A stretch of DNA of 64,000 nucleotides, from positions 1-64,000 of IMG/VR virus record IMGVR_UViG_3300013104_000004. One strand, 5' to 3'. Source of the DNA: a virus. Below the pieces are notes generated by a model, which worked only from the letters and a program-made list of their open reading frames with translations, was not told where the DNA came from and ran no database searches. Shown here piece after piece: positions 10,272 through 19,626 of the stretch (its first letter is position 1; the number at the start of each line of letters is the position of its first letter). The position numbers and the translations under genes were made by a program.

Positions 10272-10507
10272 GGCGGGCCTCCTGTTCCTCGGGTGCCCCC
10301 GGCTGGGGGCCAGCTCCATGCCCAAACCCATCGACGGTGCGGCCTGACCTAGTCGTCCGAGCCCGCCTTGTAAGGCGGACGGCGAGTGACAATCAGCAGC
10401 CAGCACGATTCACCCGTGGCGCATCGTCGATGACTCGCGGCCCCCGGGCCCCGCCGTCCGGCGGGAACTCCCGGGGGCCACTTCCCGGACCTCCGCGAAG
10501 GCCGGGC

Positions 10508-10578
10508 TAGTGGGAGATGCGGGACTCGAACCCGCTCGCGCCCGTGGCGCTTTGACCATGCCCGCGTCCGGGCCTCCC
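10508..10578 (-). ncRNA. tRNA-like element lacking an anticodon loop
   Basis: GGGAGGC...GCGCC-ACG-GGCGC-GA-GCGGG-TTCGAGT-CCCGC-ATCTCCC-A-CTA: perfect T arm, 6-bp acceptor-like stem, and a 5-bp stem with a 3-nt loop in place of the anticodon arm. Confidence 0.6.
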
Positions 10579-10704
10579 GCGACCGACTGAGGACCCCATC
10601 CGCAGCCGGCCTGTCGGGTCGTGCCTCCCGACACCCAGGAACGTACGGAGCGCGCGCGGGGGAGTCCAGCGGAGCACGGGGGTGCCGCCGTCCGCAGGTG
10701 CCCA

Positions 10705-10743
10705 CAGCAGAACGGGCCCCCCTCCCGAAGGAGAGGAGCCCGT
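10705..10743 (-). terminator. Putative intrinsic terminator after the major capsid gene
   Basis: Hairpin ACGGGCTCCTCTCC-TTCG-GGAGGGGGGCCCGT followed by TCTGCTG, about 18 nt after the capsid stop. Confidence 0.6.
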
Positions 10744-10760
10744 GTGCCCGGTCCGGAAGG

Positions 10761-11729
10761 TCAGGAGACCTTGATGCGCCGCAGCGCCTCCGGGTGCCAG
10801 ATGCCACCACCGATGTCGCGACGCGACCGGAAGTGGGTGAAGTCGACCTTGTCCTCGGTCCAGGTCTTGACCTTGGAGCCGCCGTACGAGGCGAACAGGC
10901 CGGCGAAGCCACCGAACACGAAGATCTCGTCGTCGGGCACGAAGCTCGCGCCGTCCTCGTCGGTCCAGTTCGTCAGCTTGACGATGTTCGCGCCGCGGTA
11001 CGTGCCGAGACGGCCCGTCTTGCGGATCTCCTCCTGAGCCTCGGGGGCGTACCCGTCGAAGTCCAGGATCTGGTTGACCGCGGCCGCACGGCCCACGATC
11101 GTGAGCGGACGGGCCAGGACCACGTTGCTCGGGGGCGGGACGTCACCGATCTCGGCCAGGGCCAGGTTCAGGACGTCCTTGGTCAGGCCGCTGGACGAGT
11201 CCTCGTACGAGGCCCCACCGACCGGCGCCGACTCCTGGACCAGCTGGAAGATGCGGCGGTTGACCTCCGCCTCCTCGCGCTGCTTGCCCATCGGGATGAG
11301 GTCCGAGATCGTCTCGCCGTAGTTGGCGCGAACGTCGTCCTCGAACTCCGAGATGTGCCAACCCATGGTGTCGCGCGGGAGCTCCCACACGTCCGTGCGC
11401 ATGGTGCTCTCGTCGATCTCACCAGCGCGGTGGGTGTAGAACACCTTCAGCCCGCGGCGCTCCTTGATGGTGATCTTCTCGAACTCGCCGACGTTCCGAG
11501 TGGGGAAGTACCCACCGAAGACGTTCTCGTTCTTGAAGCCGTAGTCGAGCGCCTCGGCGACCAGGGCGGCCTGCTCACGGTGCCACGCACCGTTGCCCCA
11601 GTTCTCCTTGGCCTCCTCGTTCAGCGCGGCGAGGCCGGCCTTGTACTCCTGCTCCGCGGCAGCGGAGGCGAACTCCCGCTGCAGGCGAGGGCTGGAAGCG
11701 ACGAGATCCTTCAGAATGGACCGTGCCAT
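10761..11729 (-). CDS. Major capsid protein (HK97 fold likely)
   Basis: ATG at 11729 with GGAGG RBS, 322 aa, containing G+LG+YRGANIV-type and GGGIWHP C-terminal motifs. Follows scaffold and decoration genes. Confidence 0.8.
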   Translation of the reverse strand: MARSILKDLVASSPRLQREFASAAAEQEYKAGLAALNEEAKENWGNGAWHREQAALVAEALDYGFKNENVFGGYFPTRNVGEFEKITIKERRGLKVFYTHRAGEIDESTMRTDVWELPRDTMGWHISEFEDDVRANYGETISDLIPMGKQREEAEVNRRIFQLVQESAPVGGASYEDSSSGLTKDVLNLALAEIGDVPPPSNVVLARPLTIVGRAAAVNQILDFDGYAPEAQEEIRKTGRLGTYRGANIVKLTNWTDEDGASFVPDDEIFVFGGFAGLFASYGGSKVKTWTEDKVDFTHFRSRRDIGGGIWHPEALRRIKVS

Positions 11730-11743
11730 GATGCGGCCTCCTC

Positions 11744-12262
11744 TCAGGCCTGGAGGACCGACTCGGCGAAGGCCGAGCCGTCCGTCTGGAGCACGCGGAG
11801 GACGGCCGCGCCCGTGGTCTTCTCGACCCACTTCGCGCCGTCCCACTGCAGGTCGTCGCCCATGGCGACGCCCGTCAGGTCCTGGACGGTGACGGCGGCG
11901 ATCTTGCGGCCGTCGAAGCGGGTCTCGGCGGGCGTGTTGCGGAACCACACCTTGATGCCCTGGCCCGACCAGATGGTCGCGAGGACGCCGTTGCGGGCCT
12001 TGCCCAGGTCGTGGCTGTCGACCTGCGGCGCCTCGAACGTCGAGGCGTCCCAGCCCTGGTGCTGGATCAGCAGCCCGGTGACGCCGGGGACGATCGCCGC
12101 GCCGGCCGGGGCCTTCTTGACGAAGCCCGGGTTGGCGTTGTCGATCGTGACCAGGTCGCCCTGGCGGTAGTCGCCCGTGCCGGGGACGCGGAACCGACCC
12201 TCACGGGTGGCCGAGTCACCGCCCGAGCGGCGGAAGCCGAAGTTGAGTCCGTAGTTCGACAT
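11744..12262 (-). CDS. Putative capsid decoration/cement protein
   Basis: 172 aa Gly-rich beta protein between scaffold and capsid genes. Confidence 0.55.
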   Translation of the reverse strand: MSNYGLNFGFRRSGGDSATREGRFRVPGTGDYRQGDLVTIDNANPGFVKKAPAGAAIVPGVTGLLIQHQGWDASTFEAPQVDSHDLGKARNGVLATIWSGQGIKVWFRNTPAETRFDGRKIAAVTVQDLTGVAMGDDLQWDGAKWVEKTTGAAVLRVLQTDGSAFAESVLQA

Positions 12263-12265
12263 CGG

Positions 12266-12847
12266 TCAGTTCCCACCCTTCGTGTGAGTGCTCCAGAAGG
12301 ACGAGCTGCCCTTCTTGTCGCCACCCGCGGACGCGCCGGCAGCAGCGGTCTCCCGCTTGCCGGCCTTCTCCTGGGTGGACTCCTTGGCGCCGACGAGGCC
12401 GGCAGAGACCTGCGCGAGCTCGGCGACGTAGCCGTCGAACGCGGCCTGCTCCATCGCGGCCCACGTCTGCGCGCGGTCCTCGGTGAACCAGTCGTCGGCC
12501 ATGTGGGCCGCGGCCTCGCGGACCTTCGCGACGCGCTCGTCCGTGCGCGCGGCGATCTCGGCCTTGGCCTCCAGGTCCGCCTTGTAGTTGGCGAACTCCG
12601 TCTCGACCGCGGCCTTGGCCACCTCGGAGGCGTCGAGCTTCGTCTGCAGCTCGGCCTTCTCGGTGGTCAGGGTCTCGACCTGCGCCTCCAGCGCCGCCTT
12701 CTCGGTGGCGATCTCCGCGGTCTCCCGCGTGATGCGGTCGGCGAGGATGGCGGTGTGCTCCTCCTCGGAGAACGTCCGCGCCTCCGCGGTCTCCCGCGGC
12801 AGCTCGGCCGCGATCTCCCGGGGAAGGTGATCCATGGGGTTCGGCAT
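12266..12847 (-). CDS. Capsid scaffolding protein
   Basis: ATG at 12847 with GGAGG RBS; Ala/Glu coiled-coil; upstream of the capsid gene. Confidence 0.7.
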   Translation of the reverse strand: MPNPMDHLPREIAAELPRETAEARTFSEEEHTAILADRITRETAEIATEKAALEAQVETLTTEKAELQTKLDASEVAKAAVETEFANYKADLEAKAEIAARTDERVAKVREAAAHMADDWFTEDRAQTWAAMEQAAFDGYVAELAQVSAGLVGAKESTQEKAGKRETAAAGASAGGDKKGSSSFWSTHTKGGN

Positions 12848-12932
12848 GAGCCCGTACCTCCTTCGTTGCTCTCTCAGGTGGCCGGTACTCGGCCGTTCGC
12901 TGAGATGCATCGACGGGAGGTACGGGCCCCGT

Positions 12933-14129
12933 TCAGACCGCCGTGCGCGCGACGAACTCCTGGCCGCCGATGAGGGCCGTGCCGTCGACGATCTGGTGCT
13001 GCTCCACGCGGAACTCGGTGCCGGCCGTGTGGATGATCGCCAGGCCCTGCTGCCAGTCCTCCCAGTTCACGGCCGGGCGTCCGTCGACGTGCGTCGACCC
13101 GTTGACCGACGGCACGGCGCCGTCCACACGGCACAGGCAGCCGACCGTGATGCCGGCGGACCGGACGGGCCCCTGCCGGTCGTGGATCGTCTTGTAGTGC
13201 GCCTCGATCCGGTGGATGTGTCCCTGGATGGTGGCGACGTTCGGAAGGTCCTTGACGATCGTGTGCGCCGTCGAGCCGCCCGAGCGGATCTTGTTGCCGT
13301 GCACCGCGCGCACGTTCTCGCTGATCCAGTACTCGCCGGCCGGCCACGCGTCGACGTACTCCACGCCGAGTTCGTCCAGGCGCAGCACGTGCGGCAGCGT
13401 CAGGACGGGCCAGGACTCCGGCAGGTTGGCCCGGCGGATCCCGAACGCGGCCAGAGCGTTGTTGGTGATGAAGTTCTGCAGGCGCCGGTCGTGGTTGCCC
13501 TCGACGAGCACGAGCTTCGAGGTCGGCGCGGCGGCGCGAACCTCAGCGAGCCAACTGTGGCCGCGGTCGATCGCCGGCTGCGTCGTCTGGGCGAACGCCG
13601 CCTCCTGCACCCAGCGCGACTGCTGCTGCAGGTCGAGGTAGTCGCCGACGTTCACGACGCTGTCCAGCGCGCCGTCGTTGTGCACGGCGGCAACCACCTG
13701 GACCGCCACGTCCATCGCGGCCTCGTCGTGGAACGGCAGGAGCTCGGCATCGAGCATGCGGAAGCCGATCTGGTTGTCGCCGAAGGCGACGTGGTCACGC
13801 CACCGGCGCACGAGCGGGATCGCCTTGGGCTTGCGCGGCGCCTTGATGACGACGGGCGCGGCCGGCTGGACGACGGGCCACGCCGGACCCTCTGCCCACT
13901 TCGGGGACAGCACGACGTGCGCCTTCTGCAGGTCGTGCAGCTGGGCGACGCCCTCGGCGTCCTTCGTGATGGCCTGGTAGTCGCCGATGACGACCTTGTC
14001 GATGCGCCCGACGTCGTCGACGTCGATGCCCGACCGCTCTAGGAGCTCGGCGACCTTCCCGACGATCGCGGCGCGCGCGGGCGAGCTAGCAGCCCGCTTC
14101 TCCGCGGCGGCGTCAGCTAGCCGCCCCAC
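12933..14129 (-). CDS. Calcineurin-like metallophosphoesterase
   Basis: Motifs GDNQIG, NVGDYLD, EGNHD, VHG and GHIHR in the canonical order. Confidence 0.85.
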   Translation of the reverse strand: MGRLADAAAEKRAASSPARAAIVGKVAELLERSGIDVDDVGRIDKVVIGDYQAITKDAEGVAQLHDLQKAHVVLSPKWAEGPAWPVVQPAAPVVIKAPRKPKAIPLVRRWRDHVAFGDNQIGFRMLDAELLPFHDEAAMDVAVQVVAAVHNDGALDSVVNVGDYLDLQQQSRWVQEAAFAQTTQPAIDRGHSWLAEVRAAAPTSKLVLVEGNHDRRLQNFITNNALAAFGIRRANLPESWPVLTLPHVLRLDELGVEYVDAWPAGEYWISENVRAVHGNKIRSGGSTAHTIVKDLPNVATIQGHIHRIEAHYKTIHDRQGPVRSAGITVGCLCRVDGAVPSVNGSTHVDGRPAVNWEDWQQGLAIIHTAGTEFRVEQHQIVDGTALIGGQEFVARTAV

Positions 14130-14358
14130 AGGAGCACCCCCTGTTGCGGTGACGCCGGATGCCCTGGCCGGAGACCGGGTGGCCCTGCTCGGTGAGCGCG
14201 GCAGACAGGACCTCCGCGCTCCAGTTCGTCGCGTCGTCGAGCATCGCGTTGAAGTCGTCGAGGTCCTCGCCCTGCAGGCGGGCGCGCGTAGTGCGCACGA
14301 CGCACGAGCGCTCGCCGCGCTGCCTCCGCAGATCGCTCGCAGTGTCCTTCAGGCCCAT
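14113..14358 (-). CDS. Small putative Zn-binding protein
   Basis: MGLKDTASD...SCVV...IRRHRNRGCSC; Cys/His ligands; overlaps the phosphoesterase start. Confidence 0.6.
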   Translation of the reverse strand: MGLKDTASDLRRQRGERSCVVRTTRARLQGEDLDDFNAMLDDATNWSAEVLSAALTEQGHPVSGQGIRRHRNRGCSCGAAS

Positions 14359-14383
14359 GGCAGAACCCCTTCGTCGGACCGGC

Positions 14384-15208
14384 TCAGTGCCGGGACCACT
14401 GGATGATCTGGGCGACCATCTGCTGCGCCGCGGCGTCGTCGAGCCCGCGGGTGTCGAGGGACGCGGCCTCCAGGACCGCGCCGGCGGTGCGCTGCGCGCC
14501 GAGGTCCGCCTTGGCCCAGCCGGGCTGGACGGGCGGGAGGATGACGGCGGCACCGCGGAAGACGGGCTCGATGAAGCGCCGGTGCGAGGCGCGCTCCTTG
14601 ACGTGCTGGCAGGCGCTGCCAGAGCGCGTCGCGGCGTCTGCGTACGGCATGAGCGCCCCGCACCCGTTGGGCCCGGTGCACTCGATCTGGCTCGCGATGC
14701 ACTCCATCGAGAGCCAGGCCGTGCCCTCGCCGATGTAGCGACGGATCGTGGCGGCCTCCTCGCGGAAGACGTAGCCCCACACCGTCGCGTCCGTGCGGAT
14801 GTGCGTTCCGACGTCGTCACCGTCGGCGGCCGCCTGCTCGGCGCTGACCAGGGACGGGTCGCGCAGGGCGCCGATGATCTTGCGCTCCTCGTGCAGCCAG
14901 TTCAGCGGGCCGAACGCGACCGACGGGAGGCCGAACTCCAGGTCATCCTGCTTCCAGAACGCCCCGTTGCGGTTGGCCTGCTCAGCCTCGACGAGCCGGC
15001 CGGAGAGCTGCATGACGGCCTCGTCGAGCGACGCGACCTCGTTCATCGGCGTCGAGATGACGACGCGGTTCGAGTCGGGGTTCACCAGGGCGAAGGCCGG
15101 CGCGGGCGCCTGACGCTCTGCGCCAGTGCTCACAGCGGCAGCGGCGCGCGCGACCTGCGGGCGCCCGGCTCGGAGCCGGTTGCGCATCTCGATGACGGAC
15201 TCAGGCAT
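14384..15208 (-). CDS. Putative capsid maturation protease
   Basis: ANRNG, LNWLH...IIG and LSMEC motifs resembling prohead proteases; directly downstream of the portal. Confidence 0.65.
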   Translation of the reverse strand: MPESVIEMRNRLRAGRPQVARAAAAVSTGAERQAPAPAFALVNPDSNRVVISTPMNEVASLDEAVMQLSGRLVEAEQANRNGAFWKQDDLEFGLPSVAFGPLNWLHEERKIIGALRDPSLVSAEQAAADGDDVGTHIRTDATVWGYVFREEAATIRRYIGEGTAWLSMECIASQIECTGPNGCGALMPYADAATRSGSACQHVKERASHRRFIEPVFRGAAVILPPVQPGWAKADLGAQRTAGAVLEAASLDTRGLDDAAAQQMVAQIIQWSRH

Positions 15209-15218
15209 GGTCAGCTCC

Positions 15219-16952
15219 TCAGCTCTTCGACGTGGCGCCGGACGCCGTGCTCGGCTTCACGGACTTCTGCGCGGACTGGGCGGGTCGGCCGCCCCCTGCC
15301 GGCCGACCGCCACGCGCCCCGGCGACCGCACTCGGCTCGCCCGGCTTCTGCCCCGGCTGCCCGGGCTGGCCGTCCTGGCCGGCGGCGCTGAACGGCACCG
15401 CGGTCTGGAAGATCGCGTCGTAGCCGAGCTCCTCCTCGCGCTCGCGCCGCTGCGCCTCGACGTCCTGGTCGAAGCCGAGGAAGCTGAGGTAGGACTCGCG
15501 GGACAGGTCGCGGGCCTGGCGCGCCGAGACGACGGCCTGGATCATCTGGGAGTCGTTGTCGACCTGGATGTTCCGCGGCGTGAAGGCCAGGGACGGCTTC
15601 TCGTCGTCCTTGTACTCGCTCAGGGCCGCCGCGTTCGCGGGGTGGTTCCAGATCGCGTCGCGCAGGTTGCGCTCCACCGTGCGGCGCAGCATGCGCCGGC
15701 GGGCCTCCAGGTTGCGCGCGATCATGCGGGTGCGGACCTGGCCACCGCTCTCGCCCGAGGCGTCGCCGGCGCCGTCCATGGCGCCCAGGGCGCGCGCGGC
15801 GATACGGCGGTCGAGCAGGTCGTAGCGCTCCACCTGCAGGGTGAGATCGATCTTCGGCGTGATGATCTCGATCTCCAGGCGGTGATCGGAGACGATCACC
15901 GGGAGCTTCGCGATCGAGCGGAAGTTCTCCTTCAGGTTGGCGACCTCCTCCTGCACCGCCGGCTGGGCGTCGGTGCCCTTCTTGACCAGGAGGATGTAGT
16001 TCGCGGCGCCGACGAGGTTGACCCGGTCGGCCTCCATGAGCTGCTGCTTCAGGTCGAGCAGGCGGAACGTCGAGCGCAGACGCACGTCGGCGAAGCGGCG
16101 GTACGACGAGCGCGTGGCGGTGTGCCGCCACACGCGGTCCGGCCGCAGCTCCAGCAGGAAGTCCGGGCTGACGCCGAGCTCATTGAGTTCGGCCGCCTCC
16201 TCCTTCGAGGGCGTGTACTTGCCCTGGAACAGCTCGGTCATCGTGGCGTCGACGACGAGCCCCTGCGAGACCCCGGTCTCCCAGAGGTCGCTCTCCTCGG
16301 GCGTGGCGTTCCAGGCGAGCCGGTCGCCGCCGAACAGCGCGCGCCCGACGGGCACGACCTTGCGGGCGTCGAGCGTGATGAGCTCGTCAGGGACGAAGAG
16401 CTGGATCTCCTTGCGGCGAGCGTTGCCGCGCTTCGGCTTGCCGGTGGCCTCGTGCAGGACGGGCTTGCCGTCCTTGTCCTTCTGTGGCGCGCGGGTGCGC
16501 GGGGTGAAGGTCTGCCGGCTCCACCAGCTGGCGGTGACCGAGTGACTGTCGGTGAACTCCTCGCGCGCGACGACGCGCAGGTAGTTGTCCAGGTCCAGCG
16601 CAGCGCTCACCTGGTTGAACACGTCCGCGATGTCCTCGTTCGGGGACTCCCAGCGGCACTCCTGGAGCATGAGCGCGGTGCTGACGTCGGCGGCCGCGGA
16701 GACGATGTCGTCGTCACGCACCGCCTGGCGCGCCGTCAGCATCTCGTCGTAGGGGTTGTCCGACGTCGCGTACTTGTCACGGGTGAACAGGTTCGAGGCG
16801 CCGGTGCGCGCGCGCTGCCCGCGGGTCCAGTCGGTCAGCTTCGACGCGATCTCGCGCAGCTGCGGCATGACCGCGTCGTCGCCGATGGAGGTCGTGTTGA
16901 TGTAGCCGACGTCACCCTCGGCGTCCACCCAGCCCGTGTCCAGCGTGCTCAT
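15219..16952 (-). CDS. Portal protein
   Basis: 577 aa from ATG 16952, between terminase and protease, with a low-complexity GGRP tail typical of portals. Confidence 0.75.
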   Translation of the reverse strand: MSTLDTGWVDAEGDVGYINTTSIGDDAVMPQLREIASKLTDWTRGQRARTGASNLFTRDKYATSDNPYDEMLTARQAVRDDDIVSAAADVSTALMLQECRWESPNEDIADVFNQVSAALDLDNYLRVVAREEFTDSHSVTASWWSRQTFTPRTRAPQKDKDGKPVLHEATGKPKRGNARRKEIQLFVPDELITLDARKVVPVGRALFGGDRLAWNATPEESDLWETGVSQGLVVDATMTELFQGKYTPSKEEAAELNELGVSPDFLLELRPDRVWRHTATRSSYRRFADVRLRSTFRLLDLKQQLMEADRVNLVGAANYILLVKKGTDAQPAVQEEVANLKENFRSIAKLPVIVSDHRLEIEIITPKIDLTLQVERYDLLDRRIAARALGAMDGAGDASGESGGQVRTRMIARNLEARRRMLRRTVERNLRDAIWNHPANAAALSEYKDDEKPSLAFTPRNIQVDNDSQMIQAVVSARQARDLSRESYLSFLGFDQDVEAQRREREEELGYDAIFQTAVPFSAAGQDGQPGQPGQKPGEPSAVAGARGGRPAGGGRPAQSAQKSVKPSTASGATSKS

Positions 16953-17392
16953 CAGACCTGCCCCCCGACCATCTGCAGGTCCTGGCGCGAGACCTCGATC
17001 AGGCGACTCGCGGTCTTCCACTGGCGGTCCAGCTCGGTGATGTACCGCTCCGCCTGCTGGGTGCGGATGCGCACGTACTGGCGGTCGAGGTTCTCGACGC
17101 GGTGCAGGAGCACGCACATCTCGGTGAGGCGCGCGGAGTACGCGCTGCACTCGCGCAGGACCTCGTCGGGCGCCTTCAGGTAGAAGCCGCGCATCGCGGA
17201 GGCGATGTCGTCGATCTCGTCCTGGATCTGCTCGCGGGTGCCGAGCCCAGCGCGGAGGTTCGCCATGTCGTCGCGCACGACGTAGTCCGCCATGGGCGGG
17301 ACGGCCGGCCCCTTCGCCGCGGCCGGCACGTCGGTGCGGACTGGGAAGGCTGGCCGCAGGGGCTGCTCGTCGACGACGCTCGCGGTTGGCAT
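16952..17392 (-). CDS. Hypothetical helical protein
   Basis: 146 aa, coupled to the portal. Its ATG is 8 nt after a late-promoter variant (TTCGATG). Confidence 0.65.
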   Translation of the reverse strand: MPTASVVDEQPLRPAFPVRTDVPAAAKGPAVPPMADYVVRDDMANLRAGLGTREQIQDEIDDIASAMRGFYLKAPDEVLRECSAYSARLTEMCVLLHRVENLDRQYVRIRTQQAERYITELDRQWKTASRLIEVSRQDLQMVGGQV

Positions 17393-17450
17393 GCCTGGTA
17401 CATCGAACTCCGAGGAGCTCGGCGGAACGCCAACGAGCGCGCGGGAGCTC

Positions 17451-19103
17451 TCAGAAGAACATATCGAGCACGGGGGCGCGCTTGGCGGGCTTCTCTAGGA
17501 GCTTCTCGATACCGTCGAGCTGCTTCGCCGCGATATACATGCGCGCGGCATCGAGCGTGTGGTCCGCGCCGCCGACGTAGCGCCGTACCGCGGACTCGCC
17601 AGGGTTGCGCGCCGAGCGCACGGTCTGGATGCCCTGGCCCTGCCATTGGCCCAGCAGCTCCGTGTCGTAGGGCAGCTCCAGCGTGCCGGCGTCGACGGCC
17701 TTGCGGAGCTCGTCGGTGGCGAAGTCGATCACCGAGCGCACGATGACCAGATCCTCGGGCTTCTCGCCCTCACGCAGTTCGCGGTCGTCGAACTCGACGG
17801 GCTTCTTCTCGGAGAAGCCGTAGCCGGCCAGGCGCGGGCCGACGTTCGGCAGGGTCTTCAGGATCTGGAAGAGCGGCAGGCCGTTGCCGGTCTTGTCCAT
17901 GCCGAACCGCCGTAGGCGGGTGCCATAGTGGTCGAAGACGTGGGCGATCGCGTCGACCTGGTGCTCGGCGGAGATGCGCACGAGGCTGATGCGGGTCAGG
18001 AGGCGGTGCAGGTCGGGCTGGCCGCGGCGCTGCACGACGCCGAAGACGAGGATCTCGGACGGGTCCGTGGTGTAGCCGACGTCCATGCCGGCCCAGTACG
18101 AGCTGTACTCGTCCCGGTCGAGGTGCCCCATCGGCAGCTGGATGATGTCGGCGATCGACCCACCCTCGCCCACCATCTTCTTGCGGTACTCGTCGGTGAT
18201 CTTGATCTGGGTGTAGACCTCGTCGTTGTACTCCGTGGCCCAGGCGTCCTGGTTGATCCGGACGCACGCCATGAGCCGCGCGAGCACGAAGACGGGGTTG
18301 TGGATGGATCCCGGCTCGCCGAAGATGTTCCGCACGTAGTCGGGCGCCTCCTCGGACCCGCCGTAGATGGCGATCTTCGAGCGGCGCTCGTTGTCGTTCC
18401 AGGTGGGCCGGTGCGCGGCGATGTAGCGGTGCACGTAGAACGGCAGGTCGGGGTTCTTGCCATGGGTGAGCTCGTAGTGGATGTCGCCGACGCCGTTGGA
18501 CACCCCGTGCGCGCGCCACATCGCGCCGTCGTCGGAGGCCTTGATCGTCTCGATGAGCTCCATGAAGCCCTTGCGCCCGTAGTCCTGCAGCTCGTCCTGC
18601 TCGATCACGATCGGGTGGGTGCCCTTGACCCCCTTGCCGGACAGCTGGGGCAGGCGCGCGAGGAGCTTGGCGCCGTTGACGAACGAGGCCTGGAACTGGG
18701 GCTGCTTCTTGATGCCGTTGTTCCGGGCGTTCTTGGCCGCGCCGGGCAGCATCTCGCGCAACAGCCGGTACTTCAGGAGGTTCTCCTCGACCTTGTCGGT
18801 GACGAGGGAGAGGTGGTTGAGCTCGGGCGCGGTGATGAGCATCTCGCGTCCGGGGTAGTTGAAGACGAAGGCGCAGGAGCGCAGGACGCTCGACACCGAC
18901 TTGCCCAGGCCGCGAGCCAGGGCGTCGACCTGGAACGCCTCCTCGCAGTGGTTGTACTCCCACTGGAAGTCCCAGAGCCGGTAGCGCCGGTCGGGGGAGC
19001 CCTCGTCGACGTACATGAACTCGGCGAGCTCCGACCCCGACGGGTCGGTGAGGATCGAGAGGAGGGCAGCCTCCTCCTCGGTCAGCGCTTCGAGTGCTGC
19101 CAC
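17451..19103 (-). CDS. terL: Terminase large subunit
   Basis: Walker A ARGLGKS, Walker B-like IEQDELQD, nuclease GMDVG and D..GNG, terminal DHTLDA. GTG at 19103 with GGAGG RBS. Confidence 0.9.
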   Translation of the reverse strand: MAALEALTEEEAALLSILTDPSGSELAEFMYVDEGSPDRRYRLWDFQWEYNHCEEAFQVDALARGLGKSVSSVLRSCAFVFNYPGREMLITAPELNHLSLVTDKVEENLLKYRLLREMLPGAAKNARNNGIKKQPQFQASFVNGAKLLARLPQLSGKGVKGTHPIVIEQDELQDYGRKGFMELIETIKASDDGAMWRAHGVSNGVGDIHYELTHGKNPDLPFYVHRYIAAHRPTWNDNERRSKIAIYGGSEEAPDYVRNIFGEPGSIHNPVFVLARLMACVRINQDAWATEYNDEVYTQIKITDEYRKKMVGEGGSIADIIQLPMGHLDRDEYSSYWAGMDVGYTTDPSEILVFGVVQRRGQPDLHRLLTRISLVRISAEHQVDAIAHVFDHYGTRLRRFGMDKTGNGLPLFQILKTLPNVGPRLAGYGFSEKKPVEFDDRELREGEKPEDLVIVRSVIDFATDELRKAVDAGTLELPYDTELLGQWQGQGIQTVRSARNPGESAVRRYVGGADHTLDAARMYIAAKQLDGIEKLLEKPAKRAPVLDMFF

Positions 19104-19149
19104 GTCATGCCTCCAGGTGTTGCGAACTCCGCAACACGGAAGATCGACG

Positions 19150-19626
19150 TCACGGCTTCGCCCGGTTTGCCAGGGCCTTGTAGACGCTGATACCAGCCGC
19201 AGGGTTGGTAGCCAGCGCGCGGGTGACCTCCTCGGCCACGACGAGCTGGCGGTACTCCAGGAAGTGGCCGGGCGCGACCTTGGCGGCCGCGGCGATCCGC
19301 TCCAGCCGGAACCGGTCCAGGGGGAGCTCGCCGGCAATGAGGCGCGTCAACGTGGACGGGGACATCCCGGCCCGATCGGCGAGCGCGCGCATCGAGGGCT
19401 TCAGCAGTGGCTGGATCGCCTCGGCGAACGGCACCGTCGCGAACCGCGGCCACAGCAGGTCGTTGACCTCGTCGATGGTCCGCTCGCGCGCCGGCGCCTT
19501 CACGCGCTTGTCGCGGGGCGCGCTCTCGGCGTCGACGACCGCGAAGATCTCCTGGAGCACCGCGCCCAGGGCGCCGGGGACCTCGGCGAAGCGGCTCTGC
19601 CACTGGGACTGCGTCGGCGTGCTCAC
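19150..19626 (-). CDS. XRE-type HTH DNA-binding protein
   Basis: SMRALADRAGMSPSTLTRLIAG...LERIAAA...FLEY. Confidence 0.75.
   Translation of the reverse strand: MSTPTQSQWQSRFAEVPGALGAVLQEIFAVVDAESAPRDKRVKAPARERTIDEVNDLLWPRFATVPFAEAIQPLLKPSMRALADRAGMSPSTLTRLIAGELPLDRFRLERIAAAAKVAPGHFLEYRQLVVAEEVTRALATNPAAGISVYKALANRAKP

Noticed and set aside
10470-10500. SRP RNA-like GGTCCGGGAAG motif on the minus strand
   Set aside because: The domain IV symmetric loop and GGAA tetraloop context are not reproduced.
10508-10578. Functional tRNA, tmRNA or Y RNA
   Set aside because: No 7-nt anticodon loop, no tag ORF, and no Ro60 gene or permuted YrlA topology.
278-19190. Long plus-strand ORFs opposite structural genes (e.g. 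278-1645, most of 4164-7049, 15126-17183, 17928-19190)
   Set aside because: Antisense shadows of high-GC coding frames with no motifs; only 6552-7049 was retained.
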